The notes beneath the pieces were generated by a model. It worked only from the letters and a program-made list of their open reading frames with translations. It had not been told where the DNA came from and did not search any database. From positions 4,629 through 68,628 of the forward strand of contig JAFGIU010000055.1 of NCBI GenBank assembly GCA_016929445.1: a stretch of 64,000 nt of DNA, read 5' to 3'. The translations under genes and the position numbers were made by a program. The DNA is from Candidatus Omnitrophota bacterium (GTDB lineage: Bacteria; Omnitrophota; Gorgyraeia; JAFGIU01). This document shows, in pieces, positions 47,358-56,967 of the stretch. The stretch's first letter is position 1; each line of letters begins with the position of its first letter.

Positions 47358-49163
47358 GTGAAACGGTTCCACTTCTTTCCCACCAGCTTTGACCTCAAGC
47401 TCGGGTGCGTGGCATCCGGGTTGTGGTGCCTGCTGCTCTGGAAGGATTTCCCGCAAAACGGCGCCCGCGCCGACCTTCTGCTCTTCAGCCTTTTTTTGCT
47501 GGCCTATTTGATTTTCTTTTCTTTCTTGAGCTGGCTCAGCCGCCTTCTGATCCAGGTCCTGGTGGCCCTGCGCCGGGTGGAAAGCGGCCGGCAATCCTGG
47601 CGCATCCAACGCATTTTCGCCATTGCCGTCAGCCTCTGCCTCTGCGGGCACATCGCCCTGGGTCCGGTTATCCCGGCCCGATGGATGCTCTTCGCCGCTT
47701 TGGCAAGCGCATGCCTCCTGATCGGGGGCCTAATCTGGTACTGGCCCGCGCGCATTTCCGAACGTCTCAGCGCCCTAAGCAGACTGAGTTCGGTCACACT
47801 GCTCTTTATCCCGCTTCTCGTGGGCACCGCCTTTGCAGTACCCCGCTCCCTCCTGCCTGCGCTGAGTTCCGCCATCATTTCCAAGACCTCAGACCCACAG
47901 AAAGAACCGGCTCAAAAGATGCCGGGGCTCTCCGTAAAGTTTATCGGCATAGACGGCCTGGACATGGGAGTGATTGATATGTTGATCGGCCTGGGCCGTC
48001 TCCCCACTTTTGAGAAACTCAAGAAATACGGGGTAAGCGGAACCCTCGCCACCGTGTCCCCGCATTCCCCGGTTGTGTGGACTTCATTGGCCACGGGCAT
48101 GCCGGAATCCGTGCATAAGGTCTCGGACTACACCACGGACTATTACCGAAATACGAGTTGGAGTGTGCTCAAGAGCCGCTTTGATTTTCTGGGTGATTAC
48201 TTGAACGACTGGAAGAATATCCGCGAACAAAGAGCCACCAGCTCCAATGAACGCCAATGCAAAGCGCTTTGGGAAATCCTGAGCGAATACGGTAAAAGTT
48301 CCCTGGCCATTAACTGGTGGCTTTCCTACCCGGCCGAACCCGTCAAAGGCAAGGTTATTTCGAATTACGCATTGCCGTGGGGAGGCTTTGAACTGCACGA
48401 CCTGGAACCCCTGTCCACCATGCCGCACCTCTCCCACCCGCCTGCACTACAGGCAGAGGTCCTGGGAGAAGTCCATCACTTCTTGCGCAATCGAAATATC
48501 AAAGGACTCGCCAGGAGTATCTCCCAACTCGAAGGAGCCAAGTTCTTCACGCTCCGGGACGAGTTGGTCTTCCGGCTTTACCGCCGTTATGACAATCCCG
48601 ACTTAGCCCTCGCAACCATGTACCTGCAAAGTGTGGACACAAACTCGCACATCTTCAGTCATATGGCCTTTGGTCCGGACATCAATTACATGCGGCCCAT
48701 GAAGCTCTCCAACGAAGATGCCACCAAGGGATGGGAAGCCTTGGTGGCCAAGAGTTACGAGCGGATGGACCAATATCTGGCCAAACTGCTCCAGAATCTC
48801 AAACAAAACGAATGCCTTCTCATGGTCTCCGACCACGGCTGGGAGTACAACGGCCGGGGACACCTGAACGCCCCGCCAGGAGTGGTCTTTGCGTTCGGCA
48901 AACCTTTCAAGTCCGGATTTATTCTGGAAAAAGCCCATGTCCTCAATATTTTTCCGACCATTGCATATTTGCTGGATCTGCCCTTGAGCCGGGAACTCCC
49001 TGCTCCGCCTCTTTTGGAGGCCATTGATCCCCAGTTCCAGTTGGTTCACCTGCCCGCTTATGTGGACTCCTATGAGCGGCGCGGGGCGCGAATCGCAACC
49101 AGCACCAACCTGGACAACGAAGAGCACTTGGAGCGGCTCAAATCTTTGGGCTATTTGCAGTAA
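47358..49163 (+). CDS. Membrane-bound alkaline phosphatase superfamily (nucleotide pyrophosphatase/phosphodiesterase-like) protein
   Basis: Several N-terminal TMs; IGIDG, SP.VWTSLATG, D..SH, VSDHG, H...G and RLKSLGYL; start GTG 47358 or ATG 47349. Confidence 0.78.
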   Translation: MKRFHFFPTSFDLKLGCVASGLWCLLLWKDFPQNGARADLLLFSLFLLAYLIFFSFLSWLSRLLIQVLVALRRVESGRQSWRIQRIFAIAVSLCLCGHIALGPVIPARWMLFAALASACLLIGGLIWYWPARISERLSALSRLSSVTLLFIPLLVGTAFAVPRSLLPALSSAIISKTSDPQKEPAQKMPGLSVKFIGIDGLDMGVIDMLIGLGRLPTFEKLKKYGVSGTLATVSPHSPVVWTSLATGMPESVHKVSDYTTDYYRNTSWSVLKSRFDFLGDYLNDWKNIREQRATSSNERQCKALWEILSEYGKSSLAINWWLSYPAEPVKGKVISNYALPWGGFELHDLEPLSTMPHLSHPPALQAEVLGEVHHFLRNRNIKGLARSISQLEGAKFFTLRDELVFRLYRRYDNPDLALATMYLQSVDTNSHIFSHMAFGPDINYMRPMKLSNEDATKGWEALVAKSYERMDQYLAKLLQNLKQNECLLMVSDHGWEYNGRGHLNAPPGVVFAFGKPFKSGFILEKAHVLNIFPTIAYLLDLPLSRELPAPPLLEAIDPQFQLVHLPAYVDSYERRGARIATSTNLDNEEHLERLKSLGYLQ

Positions 49164-51556
49164 TGAAAAGAGAAAATCTCAGAAAACTTCTCTGCACCAC
49201 CCTGGCACTGGCTACGGCCTTTGGGTTGGCCTTTTGGTTCAGGACCTACATGCCTCGCGCACTCAACGCGTCCGTTCCTGCGCAAGTGGCGCAAAATGCC
49301 CACATCGAAGTTCTCTCGGCACTCAAGTCCCAGATCCGGAATGCCGCCCAAGCAGAACTCGAAAGCCTTCCAGAAACCCAGCGCGCGCAGGTTGTCGAAG
49401 AACGCGCCCGGGAACTCATTCAACAGGATCGAAGACGCTACGAAGATCTGGTCCAAAAAACCGCCGTGAAGATGATCCGCGGAGGTGATACCGGTTACTC
49501 CCGCAACTACCTCATGGGCGCTGACTCATACCACTATCTGGGCCTGACCCGGAATCTGCTGCAGACCGGGCACATCTCAGACAAGATCCAAGACGGCCGG
49601 TTCTTCAGCCCTCTTCAACTGGCGCCCCACGGGGCCTGGCAACCCATCAACCTGCATCCTTATCTCGGTGCCTTATGGCACAAACTCCTCGGAGGCGGCC
49701 AGGGCCCCTTAGAACTCATGCAGAGACTCTGTTCTTTCCCGCTTTTTCTTTGCTTCATCCTGTGCATTGTCTTCTTTGTGTTGTGTTCTGCGGTCCGGAC
49801 AGGAATCTTCCCCGCATTCCTGGGCTGCCTCACCCTGGTGCTTTCTCCGATTTCAATTTATCGCGGGGCCTATGGCTGGTATGACACGGATTTTTACAAT
49901 CTGATCTTTCCCATCCTGGTCCTGACTCTCTTCTTGCTGGGGAGCAACCGCCGCATCCATCTGCGCTTGAGCTCGGTTTTGGCGGGACTGTTCACCGCCC
50001 TGTATGCACTTTTCTGGGAAGGCTGGCTCTTCTTGCCTTGCTTTATCCTCCTGGCCGGGCTGCTGCCCCTATTGCTGCAAAGATTCCGGCCCGATTCGGG
50101 AATGCCCGAGTGCGGCCGGTTTTTGGTCTTCTATCTGGGAAGCGCGCTGCTCTTTTCGATCGCGTTCCTGAGCCCCTTGGGTTGGATCCGGTCCGTGGGA
50201 CAGAACCTGGGCTTTCTCGGAGACTCCGGAGAAACTCAATCGCATCTCTGGCCCAGTGTCTTCCTCATTATCGGGGAAATGACCCCTTTAACACTGCCGG
50301 AGCTCGTCCGCCATGTAGGGCATTGGGGTGTGGCCCTAATCGGCATCGCGGGATGGATGCTTTGGGGAAGAGCCGCTTGGAGCGCTCAAGGCCGGCGACG
50401 GCTTGCAGAATGGATTTTGTTTACCCTCATGGGATGGGGGCTGATCCTGCTCTCGCTTAAAATCGAACGTTTTGCGCTCCTCCTCCTGATCCCCTTAAGC
50501 ATTTGGGTGGCCGTGGGCGCAGAGCACCTGACCGGACTGAGCGCCACCTTCTTATCCCTCCTGCATTCCAAATGGATCCAACGACTCGCCGTCCCGCTGA
50601 GCATGCTGCTGGTCCTCCTGCTGCTCGTGCCCGGACAGCTTGCGGCAGCCCATACCGCGGCCATGCACACCAAGCCCGTCATGAACGACCTTTGGTACAA
50701 GGTATTGAGAGAGATCCGGGAAAAGACCCCGGAAGATTCCATTATTGTGACCTGGTGGCCTCCGGGTCACTTTGTTCGCTCCCTCGCGGAACGCCGCGTG
50801 TTCGCGGACGGTCAAACCCTGTACATCCCGGCCTATTACTGGCTGGCCCGCGTTTTCATGGCCCAAACGGAAGCCGAGGCATGCGGAATACTGCGCATGC
50901 TCGCCAACGGCGGACCTCAAACCATCGAATTCCTGACCGGGCATGGCATCGAAATTCCCGAAGCCATTGATTTGCTCAATAAAGTGCTGCCTCTCGAGAG
51001 ACCGCAGGCAGCACGGCGGCTGGCTAAACAATTTAACCAAACCGACCGGCAGAAATTCTTGGACCTCACGCACGGCAAAGGGCCGTTGCCGCCCACTTAT
51101 GTACTGCTCTTCAACAGCATGGTGGAAAAAAATCAGTCTATGGCCCTGATGGCGCGCTGGGATTTTCACAAAGCCTTTGAGCTCTGGCCGCAGCCCTCGG
51201 ACACGCCTTCTCTCCTGTCCAATAGGGCCGGCTACTTGAAGACAGTCTCGGAGATTTCGGGCCCTGCATACCAGTTCAGCCCCCCGATCACCGTATCCAA
51301 GGTCCAGGAGGATACCCTCTTGAAAAGGACAAAAGCCGGCAAGCTATCCACCCTGTTCTCAGGTGAGGGAGCCCAACGCAAAGCAGTGATTGCAGATCCC
51401 CGCCTTATCCGGTCCCTGCTCTTCCGGCTGTACTACCAAGAGGAAAATTCGTTGAAGAGTTTCCAGAAGCTCATCCATACCGCCAACGCTCTCGCCGAAA
51501 CAGAAATCCTGGTCTTTAGGGTGAACTGGGAGGCGCAAGGAAGTTCTTCGCCTTAA
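49163..51556 (+). CDS. STT3/PglB/AglB-like oligosaccharyltransferase (GT-C)
   Basis: DSYHY, G.YDTD, multiple TMs, I.E motif, ERF, and TPEDS...TWWPPGH.....ERR...DG. Confidence 0.8.
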   Translation: MKRENLRKLLCTTLALATAFGLAFWFRTYMPRALNASVPAQVAQNAHIEVLSALKSQIRNAAQAELESLPETQRAQVVEERARELIQQDRRRYEDLVQKTAVKMIRGGDTGYSRNYLMGADSYHYLGLTRNLLQTGHISDKIQDGRFFSPLQLAPHGAWQPINLHPYLGALWHKLLGGGQGPLELMQRLCSFPLFLCFILCIVFFVLCSAVRTGIFPAFLGCLTLVLSPISIYRGAYGWYDTDFYNLIFPILVLTLFLLGSNRRIHLRLSSVLAGLFTALYALFWEGWLFLPCFILLAGLLPLLLQRFRPDSGMPECGRFLVFYLGSALLFSIAFLSPLGWIRSVGQNLGFLGDSGETQSHLWPSVFLIIGEMTPLTLPELVRHVGHWGVALIGIAGWMLWGRAAWSAQGRRRLAEWILFTLMGWGLILLSLKIERFALLLLIPLSIWVAVGAEHLTGLSATFLSLLHSKWIQRLAVPLSMLLVLLLLVPGQLAAAHTAAMHTKPVMNDLWYKVLREIREKTPEDSIIVTWWPPGHFVRSLAERRVFADGQTLYIPAYYWLARVFMAQTEAEACGILRMLANGGPQTIEFLTGHGIEIPEAIDLLNKVLPLERPQAARRLAKQFNQTDRQKFLDLTHGKGPLPPTYVLLFNSMVEKNQSMALMARWDFHKAFELWPQPSDTPSLLSNRAGYLKTVSEISGPAYQFSPPITVSKVQEDTLLKRTKAGKLSTLFSGEGAQRKAVIADPRLIRSLLFRLYYQEENSLKSFQKLIHTANALAETEILVFRVNWEAQGSSSP

Positions 51557-53534
51557 CATAGTCCGGGTCGATTTGGAGAGCCCGCTCAAAGGCCGCCTTG
51601 GCCTGAGCGGGTTTGTCCAGTTTGAGGAAAATTAGGCCGAGATTGTAATGGGCCTTGGCATGATTCGGATCCAAACGCAGAACCTCCTCATAACAGAGGG
51701 CAGCCTCCTCGTATCTCCCCTGATGAAAGAAAACATTGCCCAAATTGTTGTAGGCCCTGGCATAGTCCGGGTCCAGACGTATGGCCTCTTGATAGGCCTC
51801 GATCGCCTCCTGCAGTTGGCCCATGTTTGCAAAGGCCGCTCCTAGATTGTGTTGTGCCTCGGCATAGCCGGGCCGGTAACGCAACGCCTCCCGGTAGGCC
51901 GCAACCGCCGCTGCGGGCCGGTCCATCCGCATCAAAGTCAGCCCCAGGTTATTGTGCGCTTCAGCCAAAGCCGGATTCAGTCCGAGAGCCGTGCGATACG
52001 CTGTTTCAGCCTCGGAAAGCCGGCTCAGAAAGTAGAGCGCGGTTCCGCGATTGTTGTGAGCCTCGGCCAACAGAGGATCCAAGTCCACAGCCAAGTCAAT
52101 CTGAGCCAACGAATCACCCGGACGCCCCAATTTCAACAAGGCATGTCCCAAGTTGTTATGAGCGAGCGCGTAGGTGGGCCGTAACGTAATCGCCTCGATG
52201 TACTGTTGGACAGCGGCCTTCACCTGTCCGCGTTTCATCAGCGCCTCACCCAGGTTGTTATGAGCACGCGCGTTTTCCGGTCTCTTGGCCACGGTATCCG
52301 ACCAAATAGACAAGTCGCTGCGGTAATCCGAGTTACGCTCCAAGGTCATGGACGCCAGGCCCAAAGCCCACACACTGATTCCCAAAAGCAAGAGCTTCTT
52401 TCTCAAAGAATGCGATCGCACCAATTCCCCAATCAAGAGATCCAGGAAAAGCACGCATCCCGCAAGCGCGGGGGCCAAGGCCAAATACATGCGGTGTTCC
52501 GCTGCTAAGTCGGCGATGGGAATAAAACTGGAGCTCACTGAAAGCAAGAGCAGAAAGCCCGCACCCAGGAATCCCAAGGCAGGGCTCGTGAACAGGGCCC
52601 ATACAACAACCAGCAAGAAGCCCGCAAAGGAGAGCACATAGGGCCAATGCCCGCTGAGGGATTGGGCCAAAGGCCACGCATAATCGAAAACCAAAGGCCG
52701 GGGCCACACCACCAGCTGCCCGTAATGAGACAAAACCTCTGTTTGGGTGAGCGCATAGAGCGATGCACTGATGCCTGGCACATCAAAGCCCATGGAAGGC
52801 TTGTCCACTGCCGGACTCAAGGCCAACAGGAGAAGCGGCACGGTCCACAGAATGAGAAACATACCGTAAAAACGCCGCCTGTGCTCCCAGACCTCCCGCC
52901 AGCTAAAGCTGAGAAAGACGCGATCGTACAGCAGAGCCAAGAGCGGAGCAGAGAGCACGACAGGCTTCGAAAGCCCCCCCAGGAACACGGCAGCTAAGGC
53001 CAATCCATGCCAGGCCCTGGCCCTGCGCTCACTTTGAGCCCCACGCATAAGTCCATACATAATCAGTAGATAGAATAAACCGGCCAGGGACTCGCCCCGT
53101 TGCACAATGTAATTAACGGCCTGGGTTTGAAGCGGGTGAACCAGCCACAAGAGCGCGCATCCAAAACTCAGGAGTTCGACACGTCCCTCAAAAGCACCGC
53201 GGAGTTTTTGCGCGCGAAATGTGCGCCTCATTAAGCCGAAAAGAAGAAGACCGCAGGAGATGTGAATCAGAAGATTGAAGAGGTGATAGCTCCAAACCTC
53301 CCGGGCACTGATTGCGTAGTTCAGCGCAAAGGTGAAACCCGTGAGCGGACGCCAAGCCTCTGCTGCCTGAGGCGGGGGCAAAAAAGGACCCCACAAAGGC
53401 CAAAGTGATCGGATGTGTGGATTCTGAACAATGGACGTGAAATCATCGAAGATAAAGGGGCCGGAAAAGCTATTGGCATAGCAAAAACAAGCGGCCACAA
53501 TCAGGAGCAGAGGGTAGCGAATTAGGAGCCTCAT
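51516..53534 (-). CDS. TMTC-like GT-C glycosyltransferase with C-terminal TPR array
   Basis: FIFDD..IV.N, RPL..FALNY, HPLQT.AV.YI.QR.E, WP.PL.FDY and AEHRMYL, then about 8 TPRs (AHNNLG). Confidence 0.85.
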   Translation of the reverse strand: MRLLIRYPLLLIVAACFCYANSFSGPFIFDDFTSIVQNPHIRSLWPLWGPFLPPPQAAEAWRPLTGFTFALNYAISAREVWSYHLFNLLIHISCGLLLFGLMRRTFRAQKLRGAFEGRVELLSFGCALLWLVHPLQTQAVNYIVQRGESLAGLFYLLIMYGLMRGAQSERRARAWHGLALAAVFLGGLSKPVVLSAPLLALLYDRVFLSFSWREVWEHRRRFYGMFLILWTVPLLLLALSPAVDKPSMGFDVPGISASLYALTQTEVLSHYGQLVVWPRPLVFDYAWPLAQSLSGHWPYVLSFAGFLLVVVWALFTSPALGFLGAGFLLLLSVSSSFIPIADLAAEHRMYLALAPALAGCVLFLDLLIGELVRSHSLRKKLLLLGISVWALGLASMTLERNSDYRSDLSIWSDTVAKRPENARAHNNLGEALMKRGQVKAAVQQYIEAITLRPTYALAHNNLGHALLKLGRPGDSLAQIDLAVDLDPLLAEAHNNRGTALYFLSRLSEAETAYRTALGLNPALAEAHNNLGLTLMRMDRPAAAVAAYREALRYRPGYAEAQHNLGAAFANMGQLQEAIEAYQEAIRLDPDYARAYNNLGNVFFHQGRYEEAALCYEEVLRLDPNHAKAHYNLGLIFLKLDKPAQAKAAFERALQIDPDYVKAKNFLAPPSSP

Positions 53535-53556
53535 TACTGAGCCTCACTCTATCACA

Positions 53557-53937
53557 TCAGGATTGGCGTTGGATAAGCTCGATTGAATCCACCCCCCTGC
53601 CGCCCTCGACTTCGCAAAGCATCCCGCAAGAAGGGCATTCGGCACAAGGAATGGGATCGTGCCCGTCGGCGCCGCCGTCCGGTACCTCGCCTTTATACCC
53701 GCACTCCTCGCAAGTCAGAGTGGGGGCGACCAAAATTAGTTCGAGCTCAGCGCCCTCCAAGGGAGTGTCCTTGGTGAGCATTTTAAAGGCCTGTTCCGTG
53801 GAACCATCCGAATGCACATCCAAGGCCCCAACCCTCAAAATGACCTGTTCGATTTTATCTTCCGGCTTGATGTTCTTGCCCGGGAGTTGGCTGGTGATCT
53901 CAGCGATAACCTGTTCCATTAATGAGTATTCGTGCAT
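53557..53937 (-). CDS. hypA: Hydrogenase maturation nickel metallochaperone
   Basis: N-terminal MHE, L.VG.L, CEEC and CPSC zinc motifs, GGRG. Confidence 0.9.
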   Translation of the reverse strand: MHEYSLMEQVIAEITSQLPGKNIKPEDKIEQVILRVGALDVHSDGSTEQAFKMLTKDTPLEGAELELILVAPTLTCEECGYKGEVPDGGADGHDPIPCAECPSCGMLCEVEGGRGVDSIELIQRQS

Positions 53938-53959
53938 GATGTTTCCTCTAAGGATTGCC

Positions 53960-54442
53960 TCACTGTGTTCGCAATAACGCCCAGTCCTTAACAATCTCCG
54001 CGGCGCGGTCCACATAGCCCGGTAAAGCCGCGGCCACTGCCTCGGTCAAAGATTCTTCAAACCGAAACGGATCCGCCACTTCCATACCCAACACGAGGAC
54101 CTCTCCGGGAAATGGAATGGAAAGCTGCTCTGCCAGCCTAAAAACTTCGGGCAAACCCGCATAATGCGGCGACCCCGCTACAACCTGGGCAAAGTGCTCG
54201 CGCCGGTACTCGAGAATTGTCCCCGGCTCGTTGTCGCCCGTAACCACACAGTCCAATAAGAGCGCATAATCGCGGCCCTCGAGCACCTCGATCATGTCAA
54301 AGCCTGAACCATCCGACTCCACGACATCCACTTCAGAGGCAGGCAATTGTTTCGCAAGCCGGCGTGCAGCCAAAAGACCCACAGCGTCGTCACCCCGGAT
54401 ATCATTCCCCAGGGCAAGCACCAGAATACGCGCTTCAGACAT
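53960..54442 (-). CDS. Hydrogenase maturation endopeptidase (HycI/HyaD family)
   Basis: LVLALGN.IRGDDAVG, LLD.V, PG, SPH..GL. Confidence 0.9.
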   Translation of the reverse strand: MSEARILVLALGNDIRGDDAVGLLAARRLAKQLPASEVDVVESDGSGFDMIEVLEGRDYALLLDCVVTGDNEPGTILEYRREHFAQVVAGSPHYAGLPEVFRLAEQLSIPFPGEVLVLGMEVADPFRFEESLTEAVAAALPGYVDRAAEIVKDWALLRTQ

Positions 54443-55965
54443 CAGCGGCGGAGCTCTTGGAGGATTTCACCCTCCGCGTTGCGGATATAGGCAATCAGCG
54501 GCATTTTCCCGGGAAGCGAATGGCTTGCGCACGCGTGACACGGGTCATAGGCACGGAAAGCCATTTCCACTTTATTGAGCAGACCCTCGTTGACCTCGCC
54601 CTTCTTGATAAGGCCCTTGGCTGCGGCCTCCACGCTCAGGGCCATGCGCGCCGCGTTGTTCTGGGTGGCAACGATTAGGTTCACCTTGGTCAGAATGCCG
54701 TTATCGTCGGTCTCAAAATGATGGAAAAGCGTTCCGCGCGGGGCTTCCACAACCCCCATCCCCACCGAAGGCTTTTCCGTAGGAATGTTCCGAAGGTCCT
54801 TACTGGTGATCTCGGGATCGTTGAGAAGTTCCTGCATACGCTCGGCCGCATAAAGCATCTCGACCACACGCGCCCAGTGGTTTGCCAGAGTGTGGTGCAC
54901 AGGCTTGCCGCCCAGCACTTCGAAGAATTCCTCGTAGGCCTTCTGGGCCAGAGGTGTGGCCATACCCTCCGAGGCATTCAGACGGGCTAAGGGAGCCACG
55001 GCATAAATCCCGCTGTCCGCGCCGTCTACAAAACCCTTCCAGCCCACTTCCTTCAAATAGCAAAACTTCACATAGCTCCAGGATTCCACGTGTTCCTGCA
55101 CATGATCCAAATACTCCTGGGCCCGGAACTCACTCAAGGGCTTGCCGTCCGGATCCACCACGCGGATCTTGCCGTCATAAAAATTGACTTTGTTGTTCTC
55201 GTCCATCAGACCCATGTAATAGGTCCGGTGCGTGTAATACTCTGAGGTAATGAGCTTCACATACTCTTCATTCTTGAGGACAATATCGTGAAAAATCTGC
55301 AAGGTGAACTTGGCAAACTCCACACAATCCTTGGCCAACTCCTGCAACCCCGCCAAGTCCTCTTTCGCTATGCCCTTGGCCACGCCACCGGGCAAACCAA
55401 GCACCGGATGTATCACCTTGCCGCCTACATAGGCGATGAGCTCACGGATCCGGCGCCGCATGGAGATCACCTGCTTGCCCACATCCACGCCCACCTTCTG
55501 GATCACACCCACCACATTGCGTAATTCGGGCGGAGCATCCGGGCCCACAATAAAATCCGGGCCGCCCAAAATATATACGTGCAAAGCGTGGTCCTCGAGC
55601 ATAAAGGCGTTGTAAACCAGCTCGCGGACCTTCTTGGCCGCAGAGGTCGGCTCTACCTTATATAGATCATCCAAGGCCTTGGTCGCGGCCATATGATGCG
55701 CGGTCGGACACACCCCGCAGATACGGCTGGTAATCTGCGGCATGTCCTCTGCCGGACGGCCCAAGCTAAAGACCTCAAAACCGCGCAGCTCCGGAACCTG
55801 AAAATAGGCGCGGTCCACATCCCCGGTTTTATTCAGGAAGATATCGATCTTTCCATGCCCTTCCAAACGGGTAATGGGATCGATGACGATCCTTCTCTTA
55901 GCCATATAGTCTGCGTTGGCATTCTTCTGGGCTTGATCCCAGGTGGATTGAACACTCTTGTCCAT
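54442..55965 (-). CDS. mvhA: Group 3c [NiFe]-hydrogenase large subunit
   Basis: IDPITRLEGHG, RGFE, L1 RICGVC, EAPRGTLFHH, L2 DPCHACASH plus a cleavable C-terminal extension. Confidence 0.92.
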   Translation of the reverse strand: MDKSVQSTWDQAQKNANADYMAKRRIVIDPITRLEGHGKIDIFLNKTGDVDRAYFQVPELRGFEVFSLGRPAEDMPQITSRICGVCPTAHHMAATKALDDLYKVEPTSAAKKVRELVYNAFMLEDHALHVYILGGPDFIVGPDAPPELRNVVGVIQKVGVDVGKQVISMRRRIRELIAYVGGKVIHPVLGLPGGVAKGIAKEDLAGLQELAKDCVEFAKFTLQIFHDIVLKNEEYVKLITSEYYTHRTYYMGLMDENNKVNFYDGKIRVVDPDGKPLSEFRAQEYLDHVQEHVESWSYVKFCYLKEVGWKGFVDGADSGIYAVAPLARLNASEGMATPLAQKAYEEFFEVLGGKPVHHTLANHWARVVEMLYAAERMQELLNDPEITSKDLRNIPTEKPSVGMGVVEAPRGTLFHHFETDDNGILTKVNLIVATQNNAARMALSVEAAAKGLIKKGEVNEGLLNKVEMAFRAYDPCHACASHSLPGKMPLIAYIRNAEGEILQELRR

Positions 55966-55983
55966 CAGTTTCTCCTCCGCGAG

Positions 55984-56967
55984 TTATTCGCCGGCTGTGA
56001 CCTTCCTGCGGAGCAGACACTTGCTCAGTCCGTACCGGTAGAATGTGCCGACTGGATCCGGAATACCGTCCAGCACCCTATCAATTTCGTTTTCTTCCTT
56101 AGCCGCCATATTGGAGGAAACGGAAGAAAGCATCTTCGCACCCTGGTCCTTGACCCTGGAAGTCGGACCAAAGCAACCGGTGCAAGGCATGTTCCCGTTA
56201 ATACATAAGGCCTCGCATCCGCCGCGTGTCGCCGGCCCCATACAGATAAAGCCCTGGGCCAACAAACACAGCTCAGGATCGATCCTATGCAAATGCGGAC
56301 GCTTGAATTCGGTAAAGCTCACATCCGTGGGCTTGGAGTCCTTGCGCGGGCATTCATCGCAAAGCGCGATGTCCGGCGCAAGGACCGTGCCCTTGGGCGG
56401 AAGTTCCCCGGACAAGAGCACGAGCAAGGCCTCCTTCAGAAGCTTGGGCGTAGGAGCGCAGCCGGGCAGATAATAATCCACGTCCACCACTTGGTCCAGG
56501 GAGCGCACCACATTGCGGAACTCCGGCAGCGTGGGGTTGCGGCCCTCGTCCTCGGTTACAGGCTGAGGCCGGGTGCCCTCCTTGTTCACAACACTCGGGG
56601 CATCGTGATACACATACTGAAGGACTTCTTCCCTGGAAAACTCATTGGTCAGCGCCGGAATCCCGCCCAGATGAGAGCAAGCCCCGTACGCAATCAGCAC
56701 CTGGCTCTTGCGGCGCAGCAGTTGGACCATCTCTTCCTGCTCCGAGGTGCGGATGGCGCCGTTGACCAGAGTCGCCAGGATCGATTTGTCCGGCATGGCC
56801 ACGACATCGGCTTTCTTAAAGTCCATGGCCACAGGCCAGAACACGATATCCACCTTGTCCAGGACCATCAAAATGTCTTCGGCCAAATCCACAACAGACT
56901 CTTCACATCCGCCGCAGGAGGCGCACCAATAGAAGGCAACTTTGGGTTTCTCCGGATTAGCTGACAT
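55984..56967 (-). CDS. mvhG: Group 3c [NiFe]-hydrogenase small subunit
   Basis: CASCGGCE, GAC...GGIP, LPGCAP, CDEC, C...G..CMGPAT..GC...C and PCTGC.GP. Confidence 0.92.
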   Translation of the reverse strand: MSANPEKPKVAFYWCASCGGCEESVVDLAEDILMVLDKVDIVFWPVAMDFKKADVVAMPDKSILATLVNGAIRTSEQEEMVQLLRRKSQVLIAYGACSHLGGIPALTNEFSREEVLQYVYHDAPSVVNKEGTRPQPVTEDEGRNPTLPEFRNVVRSLDQVVDVDYYLPGCAPTPKLLKEALLVLLSGELPPKGTVLAPDIALCDECPRKDSKPTDVSFTEFKRPHLHRIDPELCLLAQGFICMGPATRGGCEALCINGNMPCTGCFGPTSRVKDQGAKMLSSVSSNMAAKEENEIDRVLDGIPDPVGTFYRYGLSKCLLRRKVTAGE

